Positions 1-10,297 of a DNA stretch of 64,000 bases are shown one piece after another (the stretch's first letter is position 1; each line of letters opens with the position of its first letter). The DNA is from Thermoanaerobaculia bacterium (GTDB taxonomy: Bacteria > Acidobacteriota > Thermoanaerobaculia > UBA5066), in assembly GCA_963816185.1 (NCBI GenBank), contig CAWFJJ010000001.1, positions 192,001-256,000 of the forward strand, written 5' to 3'. The translations under genes and the position numbers were made by a program. The notes under the pieces are model-generated. The model saw only the letters and a program-made list of their open reading frames with translations. It was not told where the DNA came from and searched no databases.

Positions 1-207
1 GCTCATGGAAAGCTCGAACACCTGAAGGATCCTGAAGAGAGTGTCGAGACCGACCTTGTACTCACCGTTCTCCATCCGCGACAGGTCGGATTGCGTCACG
101 CCGATGCGGGAGGCGAGCTCCGCCTGCGTCAGATGCCGGCTCTTCCGGATTTGACGGATCTTCTGCCCCACCAGGAGGATCTGGGACGCACGCGGCACAG
201 CGCTCAT
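1..207 (-). CDS. XRE/Cro-CI family helix-turn-helix transcriptional regulator (3' end runs off the window)
   Basis: Not in the ORF track. Manual minus-strand translation from ATG at 207 gives MSAVPRASQILLVGQKIRQIRKSRHLTQAELASRIGVTQSDLSRMENGEYKVGLDTLFRILQVF, a typical HTH_3 pattern. Confidence 0.9.
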   Translation of the reverse strand, partial: MSAVPRASQILLVGQKIRQIRKSRHLTQAELASRIGVTQSDLSRMENGEYKVGLDTLFRILQVFELSMS

Positions 208-222
208 GAGCCTTCATCATCT

Positions 223-250
223 AAGATAGTCTCTCCGCCCCGTGTGTCAA
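223..250 (-). promoter_or_regulatory. sigma70-type promoter of the XRE gene
   Basis: Minus strand reads TTGACA-16 nt-TATCTT, 15 nt upstream of the ATG at 207. Confidence 0.55.
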
Positions 251-285
251 GCGGTTTCGGGTGACTTCGGATAAGCGCTACCTCA

Positions 286-1053
286 TTGAAGAACAAGATC
301 TTCCTCCTTTCGGAGCTCCTCCGAAGAGACCTGGCGGCCCGATACGGGGGCAGTTTCGCGGGTCCCTTATGGGCGGTCCTGAACCCGGCTGTCTTCTGCG
401 CGCTCAACGCCTTCGTGTTCGCCTTTGTCATCAAACTTCCGGTTCCAGCCGGTTTCAAAGGCAGTTATGTGGAGTTCCTCCTGGCAGGCCTCCTCCCCTG
501 GCTCGGCATCCAGGAGGCGGTGATGAGGGCCACGGTGTCGGTGAGCGACCAGGCGCATCTCGTCAAGAAGCTGCGTTTCCCGGTTCATCTCCTGACGGCG
601 TCCGCGCTCGGAGCCGCGCTCGTCGTCCAGGCGATCGGAATGAGCCTCCTGACCGTTTTCCTCCTCGTGACCGGACGCGGCTCCGTGAATTTCGGCCTCC
701 TCGTCGCCGCCTTCGCTTTCGAGTGCCTCCTTCTCGCCGGGCCGGCCCTCGTTCTCTCGTCGCTGAACGTCTTCTTCCGCGATCTCGCTCAGCTTCTCCC
801 GCCGTTTCTCATGATCGCGTTCTACCTCTCGCCGATCATCTATCCCGAATCGATGGTCCCGCGCTTCGCCGCGCCCTTCCTCGCGTTCAACCCGCTGCGC
901 GATCTCCTCGCACTTTTTCGCGCTGCGCTGTTCGGGGCGCCGCCGCCATCTCTCGCGCACCTCGCCGGGTGGTCGGCCGTGCTCGTCGTGGTAGGCTTGC
1001 TGGGAGTCCGGTTCTTTCGGCGGTGCCGCCCGTCGTTCGCGGACCTTCTCTAG
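286..1053 (+). CDS. wzm: ABC-2 polysaccharide export permease (Wzm/TagG family)
   Basis: RDLAARYGGSFAGPLWAVLNP start, FFRDLAQLLP and FYLSPIIYP motifs, about six hydrophobic helices, ends FADLL. Confidence 0.92.
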   Translation: MKNKIFLLSELLRRDLAARYGGSFAGPLWAVLNPAVFCALNAFVFAFVIKLPVPAGFKGSYVEFLLAGLLPWLGIQEAVMRATVSVSDQAHLVKKLRFPVHLLTASALGAALVVQAIGMSLLTVFLLVTGRGSVNFGLLVAAFAFECLLLAGPALVLSSLNVFFRDLAQLLPPFLMIAFYLSPIIYPESMVPRFAAPFLAFNPLRDLLALFRAALFGAPPPSLAHLAGWSAVLVVVGLLGVRFFRRCRPSFADLL

Positions 1054-1116
1054 AATGACTCTTCATCGCCCGAAGGCCGAAGGCCCGAGGGTTCCGTGCG
1101 CTGCTAGGAGTTTTCC

Positions 1117-2823
1117 GTGAAAGTGTCCCTCTCCGCCCTCTTGGCGGCTGTACTGGCTGCGGCTATCGGCTGCTCGTCCTCTGGGCCTTCGGCTCCCGCC
1201 GCGAAAACCGCGGCCGAAGAGAAGGCCGCAGAGGACGCGAAGCGAAGTGAACGCGCGAAGGCGCTCCTCGGCCTGCAGCCTCCGGCGCCGGTTCCGGGAG
1301 AAGAGACCGGCGAAGTTCCAACGACGACGGTCGTGGACCCTGACACCGGAAAGAAGCTCCTCAGGATCCCAAAGCAGATCCTCTATTACGAGAAAGGGGG
1401 ACGCCTCTTCAACGCCGTCGTGGTCGGGCCGGGACTCCCGATCGTCCGCGAGGACGACAAGGCGTACTTCATCCTCGCGCCTCCGGAGCGGCCGAAGCCA
1501 GCTCCGGGGAAAGCCGGCGAGCCGGAACCCGAAGACCTCAAGCCGATCATCGAGCTCCCGGCGAGCGAAGCCGCCGTCGTGACGCCGAAGGTCTCGAAGG
1601 GCGCGTTTCGTTTCGAGGAGATCTCCGATGGTTTGCCGGTCGGGGGCATGTGGCGTGAGAACTTCGACGTGGGAGACGTCCTTGGGCAGGGCCGTCCCCA
1701 GATCGTCGTGCCGCCGGCCCGGCTCACGGGCAACTTCATTCGCGTGTACCGGCTCGACAAGGGCGAGGACGACAAGTGGCGCTGGCACCTGGCCAACGTC
1801 ACGTTCGAAAACGCCGAGAATATTCAAGCGGCTTACGGTGCCGCCACCCTCGCGGACATGGACGGCGACGGCAAGCTCGACATCGTCTTCGGAGGACACG
1901 GCTCTGGACCCGCGATCGCGTTCAACAAGGGTGGAGGCGCGTTCAAGGTCGAGACCCTGGGTCTGCCCCGGCAGATGTCGACGCGTGCGATCGCCGTCGG
2001 AGACCTCAACGGCGACGGCCGGCAGGACCTTCTCGCCATCTCCGACGATCCCGAGTGGCTGCTCGCCGCCGGCAAGCCGCACGCCGACAAGGGCAGCTCC
2101 TACGTGCGGGGGTACGACGTCCGGGCCTTCCTGAACGAAGGCACGCGTTTCCGCGAAATTCACAAGGGCCTCGAAGGAGCCTGTTTCGGGTACTCGATTG
2201 CGCTCGTCGTGCCGAAGGACGCGAAGGACGGGCTGCCGTTCTATTCGTCCGGCTGCCGGTACACCTCGAGCGCCACGCATCTCTTCGAGTTCGATCCCAA
2301 GCTTGAGGAATTCCGCTACGCGGGCGTCGGCGTGGTGGAGCTCTTCTCCCAGCACATGGGATCGGCCGCCGGCACGTACCACGGCCGGCCCGCGGCCTTC
2401 GCCTCCTGGTTCAAGCGTTCGCCGTTCGGCGCCACGCCCAAGATCGACGGGCAGGGGGTCACGGTCTATTACCGGGACGTGGACGGGAAGATGGCGAGCA
2501 AGCGCGTTGTGAAGACGCTCCAGCCCGAGGCCCCCGGGTCATCCGGCATCGCCGTCGGGGACCTGAACGGAGACGGCCTCGACGACGTCGTGTGGTGCGA
2601 CGAAACGTCGCAGCGCATACGGGTCTTCTTCCAGACGTCCGAGGGCGAATTCGAAGAGCTGCCGACCGAACGGGAGCCGACCTTCATCAACCATCCGACC
2701 TCGCTCCGGATCGCGGACTTCGACGGGGACGGGCACAAGGACGTCGCCCTCATGTACCAGTACCTCACAGGGGACGAAACCCGGGCGGGTGGATTACGCG
2801 TCTTTCGAGGCCTCCCGAAGTGA
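1117..2823 (+). CDS. FG-GAP/VCBS repeat beta-propeller lipoprotein
   Basis: Lipobox AAAIG-C; repeated DMDGDGKLD, DLNGDGRQD, DLNGDGLDD and DFDGDGHKD Ca-binding motifs; AGGAG RBS upstream. Confidence 0.88.
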   Translation: MKVSLSALLAAVLAAAIGCSSSGPSAPAAKTAAEEKAAEDAKRSERAKALLGLQPPAPVPGEETGEVPTTTVVDPDTGKKLLRIPKQILYYEKGGRLFNAVVVGPGLPIVREDDKAYFILAPPERPKPAPGKAGEPEPEDLKPIIELPASEAAVVTPKVSKGAFRFEEISDGLPVGGMWRENFDVGDVLGQGRPQIVVPPARLTGNFIRVYRLDKGEDDKWRWHLANVTFENAENIQAAYGAATLADMDGDGKLDIVFGGHGSGPAIAFNKGGGAFKVETLGLPRQMSTRAIAVGDLNGDGRQDLLAISDDPEWLLAAGKPHADKGSSYVRGYDVRAFLNEGTRFREIHKGLEGACFGYSIALVVPKDAKDGLPFYSSGCRYTSSATHLFEFDPKLEEFRYAGVGVVELFSQHMGSAAGTYHGRPAAFASWFKRSPFGATPKIDGQGVTVYYRDVDGKMASKRVVKTLQPEAPGSSGIAVGDLNGDGLDDVVWCDETSQRIRVFFQTSEGEFEELPTEREPTFINHPTSLRIADFDGDGHKDVALMYQYLTGDETRAGGLRVFRGLPK

Positions 2824-2889
2824 GGTTTCCGGCCGGAACGACACTCTCCTAGCGGATATGCGCGTCCACCATATTTTTCGGGAAACCCC

Positions 2890-2918
2890 TTGACATCGAG
2901 GAATTTTATTCCTATTGT
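2890..2918 (+). promoter_or_regulatory. Strong sigma70 promoter with a long 5' leader upstream of the S-layer candidate
   Basis: TTGACA (2890-2895), 17 nt spacer, TATTGT (2913-2918) in an AT-rich intergenic region about 190 nt before the ATG at 3117, which has an AGGAG RBS. Confidence 0.75.
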
Positions 2919-3116
2919 TCGACCAATGTTCAGGAGACTGGTGTCAGCCAGACTAGATATGCGCCCGCAGGGCGCTGCAAACCGGATTTCAAATTGAATT
3001 TCGGGAGGTGATTCAATATCGCGCGCGGCAGGAGCCGGATTAACCTTTCGAAAAACTCTCTTGAAAGAACTCACTCGGCACTAACGGATCCACTCGAATC
3101 ATCGGTAGGAGTAAAA

Positions 3117-4863
3117 ATGAAAAAGTTTTCCGTCCTCATCGCCTTGGTGCTCCTCGCGGTCGCGGGCACGGGCTATGCGGTCACCTGCGCGTATGACAAC
3201 GTGCCGGCGGCCACGTTGCTCGTTCCGTACTGGAAGGTGTCCCTGAACGGGGCCGCGGGCGCGCCCATCCCCACCGGCGGCACGGACACCCTCGTGTCGA
3301 TCGTCAACGTCTCCACGCCGGGCGTCATCGCGCACGTCACGGTCTGGAACAAGTATTCCAAGGCTGTCATCGACTTCAACCTTCCCCTCACCGGGAAGGA
3401 CGAAGTCTCGTTCTCGATGCGCGACATCATGAACGGCAGGCTGAGCCCGAACTTCCCGCAGTGCGACCTGCTCCTGCCTGCGGCTGATCTCGCGAAGTGC
3501 CTGGCGACCTACAAGGTCGACCCGTGCGGCCTGAAGAACCCCGGCCTGCCGACCGCGGTGTACGTGCCGAGCGTCGGCTTCGGCCAGACCCAGTTCATCC
3601 GCTTCTCGCACCCCGATGCGGCTGCCCTGGGCACCGATGTCCTCACGTCGATCTCGCAGTACAACCTCACCACTCAGGACGCGATCGGAGCGGGCTTCCG
3701 CGGCAGTCGTGTGGAACTCGCTCGACGAGTCCGGCGACGTCACGTCGTTCACGTCCTCCTCGGGCGCGAACATCCTCGACAAGGACAACCCGGCTTGCGG
3801 CTGGGCCGCCAGCAACCCGGTGGGTGGCGCCCTGTCCGGCTACCTCACGATCGACGTCGTGAACTATTGCACGAACTTCTTCCCCGACCAGGCCGACTTC
3901 TACAACAAGGACGCGATCGCGACGGCCGGTTGGACCCAGTCCGCGTACACGAACTTCCCGTGCACGACCGGAGTCGCATGCGCCGTCACGTACACGCCGA
4001 ACGTCCTGATCGGCGACGTGTTCTACGTTGACACCGCCACGCAGGGCGGCAACGTCTCGGGCGACCCGGCTGTCGCGCTCGAGTTCGACGCGCGCCTCCC
4101 GTTCTCGAACGCAAATGAATCGATAAACAAGACCTTCTTCGGCAAGTTCGTCGAGCTGGTCGCCGGCGCGACGGCCGCGTGCCCCGCAGAGCTCACGATT
4201 GGTTGCCAGAACCCGAACGTCCCCGTGAATTTCCGGTTCCCCGGCGACGGCCGCGAGCCCCTCGGCGACCATTACGGCTTCCGCTATCTGGCCGACCAGG
4301 CCAACGGCCTTCAGTCCTGGATCACCGTTTGGCGCAGCGACATCTACCTGGACACCGCTGGCCTCCCCACCGAGGTCAACCTGTGTGACTGGGCCGATCC
4401 CACGAAGGACGCCAACAACGGCGCCTCGGGCTCTGGGCTCTTCGACGATCTGCACCAGGTCGTGATCCTCACCTACGACAACGACGAGAACCTGTTCGGC
4501 GGCGTCGGCGTTCCTCCGGGCCCGTCCGGTCAGCAGCCCGGCAGCTCGTCCCCGAACTACATCTTCCTCGAGTCCCAGCGCATCGACCTGCTCGCGTCAT
4601 CGACCGCAGGGACTGGCTGGAACCCGCAGCCCTTCAAGGGCGGCTGGGTCGACATCACGTTCCGCGGACCCACGTGGACGGGCGCGGATGATGAGACCGG
4701 CTTCTGGAACCAGGCTTGGGTCGGCGTGCAGCACACTGCTCCCGGCGCGTTCATCAGCGTCGGTCACGCCGCGTCAGACCTGAACAATGACTTCCAGTGC
4801 CAGCCGAACAGGTCCACGTTTGGAACGTACGTCAACTTCCAAACGCCCTCAAACGGCTTCTAA
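3117..4863 (+). CDS. Secreted ~581 aa cell-surface protein, candidate S-layer protein (one apparent +1 frameshift near 3702)
   Basis: Sec signal MKKFSVLIALVLLAVAGTGYA followed by DNVPAATLLVPYW. ORFs 3117-4031 and 3616-4863 join as ...GFRAVVWNSLDES if one G is removed. Rich in G/T/N/D/S/A, own promoter and strong terminator. S-layer function is inferred. Confidence 0.7.
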
Positions 4864-4885
4864 AGTCTCTTTTTCCTGATTCCCT

Positions 4886-4920
4886 GGGCGGGCGGCTTCG
4901 GCCGCCCGCCCTTTTCTTTT
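4886..4920 (+). terminator. Rho-independent terminator
   Basis: Perfect 11 bp stem GGGCGGGCGGC-TTCG-GCCGCCCGCCC followed by TTTTCTTTT. Confidence 0.93.
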
Positions 4921-4989
4921 CTGAAAGATGCCCCACATCCGGGACACTTCGATCCGGCCCCTCGGCCACGCGTAAATGACGAAACCGGC

Positions 4990-5028
4990 TGGACACGGCC
5001 CACGCTCGGAGATAAACTTACGCTCGGA
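4990..5028 (+). promoter_or_regulatory. sigma70-type promoter of the PKD protein gene with flanking direct repeat
   Basis: TGGACA-17 nt-TAAACT (4990-5018); ACGCTCGGA occurs on both sides of the -10 element (5002-5010 and 5020-5028). Confidence 0.5.
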
Positions 5029-5076
5029 TCACCTTCGCCCTGGAAGGGTTATTCGCGCCCCTAATCGAGGACCCAG

Positions 5077-8000
5077 ATGCCCCATGTGACCCGCACTCGT
5101 CGCCACGATCGTTCTCGCGCGTCCCTTTTCGTGGCAGGCCCCGCCGCCATGGGACTTCTCCTGGTTCTTGCAACGCTTCCTTCGCGCCTGGAGGGTCAGT
5201 GCACGCTGTCGGGCTCGCCGGCTGCGTTCGAACCGAATCCACCCGGCGTCACGCGGCCCGGAACCCTGAGTAGCGGATTCAACAACAGCCTCGTGCTCTA
5301 TCAGCCGGCGGCAGCGGTCCGTATCGGCTCCTCATGCAGGAGTCGTTCGGCTACTCGGTCCTCGATCTCACGACACCGACGAATCCGACCGCGCTCACGT
5401 ACCACGACATCCGGTTTCCGTTAGGCGGCCCCAACAGCGTGCGCGCAAGCCGGCGACGGGCAGAATCTCGTTCAGACGATCGCCGTGTCTCCGGACGGGG
5501 TGCGCGGGGCCTTCTCGATGACGGGGCTGTCGGCGACGATCCAGACGGCCGTCGGAACTCCCAGCGGCGGAGGCGGCTTTACCCTCTGGGGGGATTTCTA
5601 TCCCAAGCGTTCGAACAGCACGCTCGTCCAGCACATCGGCACACGTTACATCGCGTACGACATCCACCCGAACGTCGTGACGGCCTCGGACGTCAGCTCG
5701 TTACCGGGGGGCTCTCTCCAGCCCAACAACCTCTCGTACGAGATCACGACGTGGCCGGGCGGAGGCCGCGCGGTCCTGGCCGGGAACTACATTCTCTACC
5801 AGATCACCGGCGCCATCCGGGTCATCGATGCGTCCCTTCCGGGACCCGTCGGAAACATCACGGCCTCTTACCCGCAGACGTCCATCACGAACGCCGATTT
5901 TCCCGGCGGCCGCACGATCGCGAACTTCACGGCGGCCGTCGATCCGGCCGACGCGACGAAGCTCTGGGTCCTCGTGGAGCTGAGCGCGCTGGCCGGCGAG
6001 AACTCGCCCAGCTACGGGCTTCTCTCCGTCACGAAGAGCGGCCTCGGAAAGGTCTCGGCGGGCCCGACCTGGCGAGTCCCGTCGCAGACGGGCGACGTGT
6101 GGCTGCCCGTGGGGATGAGCTCGGCTCTCGTTGCGAACGGCACCGACCTGTTCGTCCTGATGTGGGCGGAGAGCCAGCTCCCGACGAACCAGTTCCTCCT
6201 CTATTCGACGACGGCGGGAGCATGGGGGAGCGTGGCTCCGAGCTCATTTCCCGTGAGCGGCACGACGTTCGCGCTCCCGGGGAGGACGGCGGGCTTCGGG
6301 GTCGCGGGGACCAGCTCCGTCTACTTGTACGTGCCCACGACGGTGTCCGCATACGTGATCCCGATGTCCTGCGTTTCCGTAAACGCGCCCGCGGTCGCAT
6401 CGATGACCGTCGCCAACCAGGCGGGCGCAGCTCTCAACAACGGCGACACCGTGTTCCTGGGCGACCGGATCACGATCACTCCGTCGATCAACCCGCCGCC
6501 GTCGACCCAGCCCCTGACGGGATTCGGCTGGAACTTCGACCTCGACTTTCACGCGGGCGCCGCGTCCGAAGACAACGGCGCCACCGCGTCGCCACGCCTC
6601 CATGCGCCGGACAACACCCTGGGGGTGTTCGGCGTCAGCCAGCAGGCTCCTCTCCCCGCGACCATCTTCGGCCCTTGTGATCCTCAGGTGGGCGGCGTGA
6701 CCGTGAGTAGCGGCGCCGGCTGCTGGACCTCGGTCACGACGAACGGCGCGTTCGCCGGCGGCACGGCGGATTTCAACGCGCAAAGTCCGGTCGCGAAGGC
6801 CCTCACCTTCGCATTCGAGGCGAACAACGTCCTCGGCAGTGCGGGCTCGAAGCTTTTCACGCTGAACTGGGCGATCCCTACGGCGAAGCTCCAGACGACG
6901 CAGGTCCTGTCCGGCAGTCCGCTCGTGAGCGCCTCCGACGGCCACCCGATGGCCACAGGCTTCAAGTGGTATTTCGGCGCGACTTCGGGGGCCCTGACGC
7001 AGGCGGCATGTGCCGGCCCGACGTGCGTGCCGACGTTCGACACGACGGGCACCTACAACTACTGGCTCACGGCGACGTACGCGAACGGGTACGTGACGCC
7101 GGACTGCCCGGGCGCTCCGAACTGCACGGCCGCGATGGGGACGTACACCATCACCGACTTCGCGCCGGCGTTCACCGTGAACGGCAGCACGAGCGGCCCG
7201 ATCACGGGGGTCATCAACCAGAACTTGAACGTGACGAACAGCTCGCAGCGCGGCCAGACCGTGACCGCCGCGGGAGGTTTCTATTACAGCCTCTGCAAGG
7301 TTCCCTGTACGGGCGGGGACCAATACGTGCTCTGGGGCACGATGGGCGATGCCCCGCCGAGCGGCTCGCCTCCGTATGGTCCGGCGACGATTCCGATCCC
7401 GGCCGACGGCCGGGACCTACGCCCTCAAGATCAGGGTGAATTACACGAACCCGACCGGGACGGCGTTCTGGCCGGATCCGGCAGGCGTCTCCTACTTCAC
7501 CGTGAACGTCGTGGACGTGACCCCGCTCGTCGTGACCGAGTCCGTGAACCCTGCGAGCGCGTCCGTCGGCCAGAACGTGACGTTCTCGTGCAACGCGAGC
7601 GGCGGCCTCACGCCCTATTCGTACCAGTGGCGAAACCCGATCTCGTTCGTCATCCCTGGCGCAACGGGGCCGACGTACACGACCACGTCGACCGTCGCGG
7701 GGGGCGTCACGGCCTACTGCTTCGTCACGGACAGCCAGCAGCCGGTTCCCGCCTCGAGCAGCGCGAGCGCGACCGCGACGTTCACCGGAGGAGGAGGCGG
7801 AGGGGGAGGCGGCGGCGGCAATCTCTCCGTATACGTCTCGGCGAGTCCAAACCCCGGCGCGGTCGGCCAGCCGGTCACGTTCTCGTGCGGCGCCTCCGGC
7901 GGGACGGCTCCCTACTCGTACGTGTGGCGTTCGCCGGCCACGAGCGCGTTCCAGATCCCGGGAGCGACTTCGTCGAGCTACACGACGTCGTCGTCGGTCG

Positions 8001-10189
8001 TCGGGAGCCTCTCGGCGGGATGCACCGTCACGGACAACGCCGGCGCGCAGAGCACCAACTCGACTACCGTCGCGATCAACGCTCCGGCCGGTCCGCCCGC
8101 CGTGTGCGTGGACGCGAACTTCACGGTTCTCGACCGGGGAACCGCCCCCTGGGCCCAGATCCCGTCTTCCTCGGCGCTCGGGATTCAGTACTTCGCGGTG
8201 GAAACCGGACAGAAGCTCGCCCTGGTGGCTTCCGGCACCGGCCTGGCGAGCGCGGACTGGACGTTCGGAAACGGCGACACCGCGAGCGGCAATCCGGTGT
8301 GGTATTCGTACGCGACCGCCGGGACGTTCAACACGACCCTCACCCTGAACTCGGCAACGGCGGGAACGGCCTGCACGAGGTCCTACAAGTTCATCGTCGC
8401 GGGCCCCTCGGGCCTCTTCACGGCGTACTACGCGGACAGCTCGCAGTTCACCTCGACGCAGGTGCAATCCGGGAAGGAGCTGACTTTCCTGGCCACGGAC
8501 TCGGCCGACAGCTACGCGTGGGACTTCGGCGACGGCACCACGGCGACCGGGAAGAGCGTGACGCACGCGTTCCACGTCAGCGGCGGGACGAGCGTCACGT
8601 TCACGACGACCCTCACCGTGACGATCGGCTCGCAGAACTTGACGACGACGCAGAACTTCACCGTCATTCCGCCGCCCGAGCCGCCGAAGTGGTTCGTCGC
8701 GGGCATGGCGTACCTCCAGGGCTCGCTCGGGGACACGCTCTGGCAGACGGACGTCACCCTTTTCAACCCCGACCCGACCCGTCCGGGTACGTATTCACTC
8801 GCCTTCCTCGACGGAAGATCCCCCGTCGATCCGGCCAACCTCGTCTGGAAGACGATCAATCTCGGCGCGCAGCAGAGCATCTCGTCGCCGAACATCCTGG
8901 CCTTCTTCGGGCAGCCGCTCGGAAGCTACGGAGCCCTTCTCGTGCGGGGCGACTCGGCTCCCGTACCGCCCGTTCTGACGGCGCGTACGTTCAACAGCGG
9001 CGACCCCACGAAAGGGACGTTCGGTCTGTCCGTGCCGTCCACGCAGCCGTCCAGCGGCCTGACGCCTCAGGCCGCGCTCGCGCAGCAGTTCCTCATCGGC
9101 CTGCGTGACGACGACACGGCTTACACGAACATCGGCCTCATGAACGTCACGACCGACTGGAGCCACGCGCGGCTCGAGTTCACGGATCGCAGCGGAGCCA
9201 CGAGCTTCGGCAATGTGAACGTGGACGTGCCGCCGTACGGCGTCGCGCAGCTCTCGCGCCCGCTCTTCGCGGCTCCGCCCAACGGCGTGGGGTTCACGGA
9301 TGCGCTGGACGAATTCAGCGTCAAGGTGTCGGTCCTCTCCGGCGGCGCGGTCTTCCCCTACGCGACCGTCATCGACCGCCGGTCGACGGACTCGATCGTC
9401 GTGACCGCGTCCGACCGGCCCTCGCCCACGTCTCGCATGCCCGGCATCATTCGCCTGCAGGGCGCGAACAACACCACGTGGCGGAGCCGTTTCTACATCA
9501 CGAACCCGTCGACGACGTCCCGTAAGGCGTCGATCTCCTACTCCTTCATTCCCTGCGACGCGACCGGCTTCTGCAGGGGCCGCGTCACGGGCCTGCAGGC
9601 CGACGTGACGATGCTGCCTGGCGAGACGCTCTGGGCCGACGACTTCCCGAAAGTGTGGCTGGCCGGCTTCGGGTTCGACGTCTCCGACACCACGTCCTAC
9701 GCGTCCTCGTACGTCGACGTCTCTCCTTCCCCCGACGACCCGAACCAGGATCCGCTGCTCGTCCTCGGCCAGACGTACAACGACCAGCCGAACGGCCCCG
9801 TGGGCCTTCAGGTGCCGGGCTTCACCGACGCGGACACCGCTTCGAAGAACGGCGCTTACAAGCGCCTCCTCCTCGCGGGCCTGATCTCGAACGCCTCGTA
9901 CCGCACGAACGTCGCGGTGTTCCTCCAGAGAGGCACGTCGGGAAAGTGCACGTTGCACGTGCTGTCCGACACCGGCGTCGAGCTGGGCCACCAGGACATC
10001 GGATTCGGCGGCACGAACACGTTCGTCCAGATCAACGACTCCGCGCTCTTCGGATCGATCTCCGGCAACAAGGACCGGCTCACGATCGTGATCGACTCGT
10101 TCGACGGCTCGCCCATCTCGGCGTACGCGACCGTCGTCGACAATACCTCGGGCGACGCGACGTTCCTGAAGGCCCAACCGGCCCCCTGA
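5077..10189 (+). CDS. Large (~1700 aa) secreted PKD/Ig-like surface protein with tandem C-terminal domains (apparent frameshifts near 5305, 5450, 7403)
   Basis: ORFs 5077, 5334, 5485 and 7349 join into one T/S/G-rich protein. PKD motifs WTFGNG and YAWDFGDG, repeated ASGGxxPYSYxW Ig modules, poly-Gly linker, duplicated C-terminal domain ending YATV(I/V)D..S.D. Confidence 0.82.
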
Positions 10190-10211
10190 CGATCGCCGAG
10201 ACCACCGTTCC

Positions 10212-10248
10212 AGAATGCCCGGGCCCGAAGCCCGGGCATTCTTTCTTC
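10212..10248 (+). terminator. Rho-independent terminator
   Basis: AGAATGCCCGGGC-CCGAA-GCCCGGGCATTCT stem followed by TTCTT. Confidence 0.8.
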
Positions 10249-10297
10249 CAGGGAGCGCTTTCGTCCCGCGGAGGCTTCGGGCAACATCGAGACTCCG

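Noticed and set aside
1069-1092. CCGAAGG short tandem repeat upstream of the FG-GAP gene
   Set aside because: Only two to three degenerate units in GC-rich DNA; not distinguishable from chance.
2960-3040. c-di-GMP-I riboswitch suggested by GCAAACC in the leader
   Set aside because: The GNRA-capped stem and downstream GACGCAAAGC-type consensus are absent.
3690-7410. Programmed frameshifting in the S-layer candidate and the PKD gene
   Set aside because: No slippery heptamers or long homopolymers at the junctions; single indels in several genes fit sequencing error better.
7787-7819. GGN-rich tract as a possible phase-variable repeat
   Set aside because: It is an in-frame poly-Gly linker with mixed codons (GGA/GGC/GGG), not a pure slippage tract.
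7410-9108. C-terminal half of the 1207 aa ORF 5485-9108
   Set aside because: After ~7403 it becomes R-rich nonsense; the real protein continues in frame 7349-10189.
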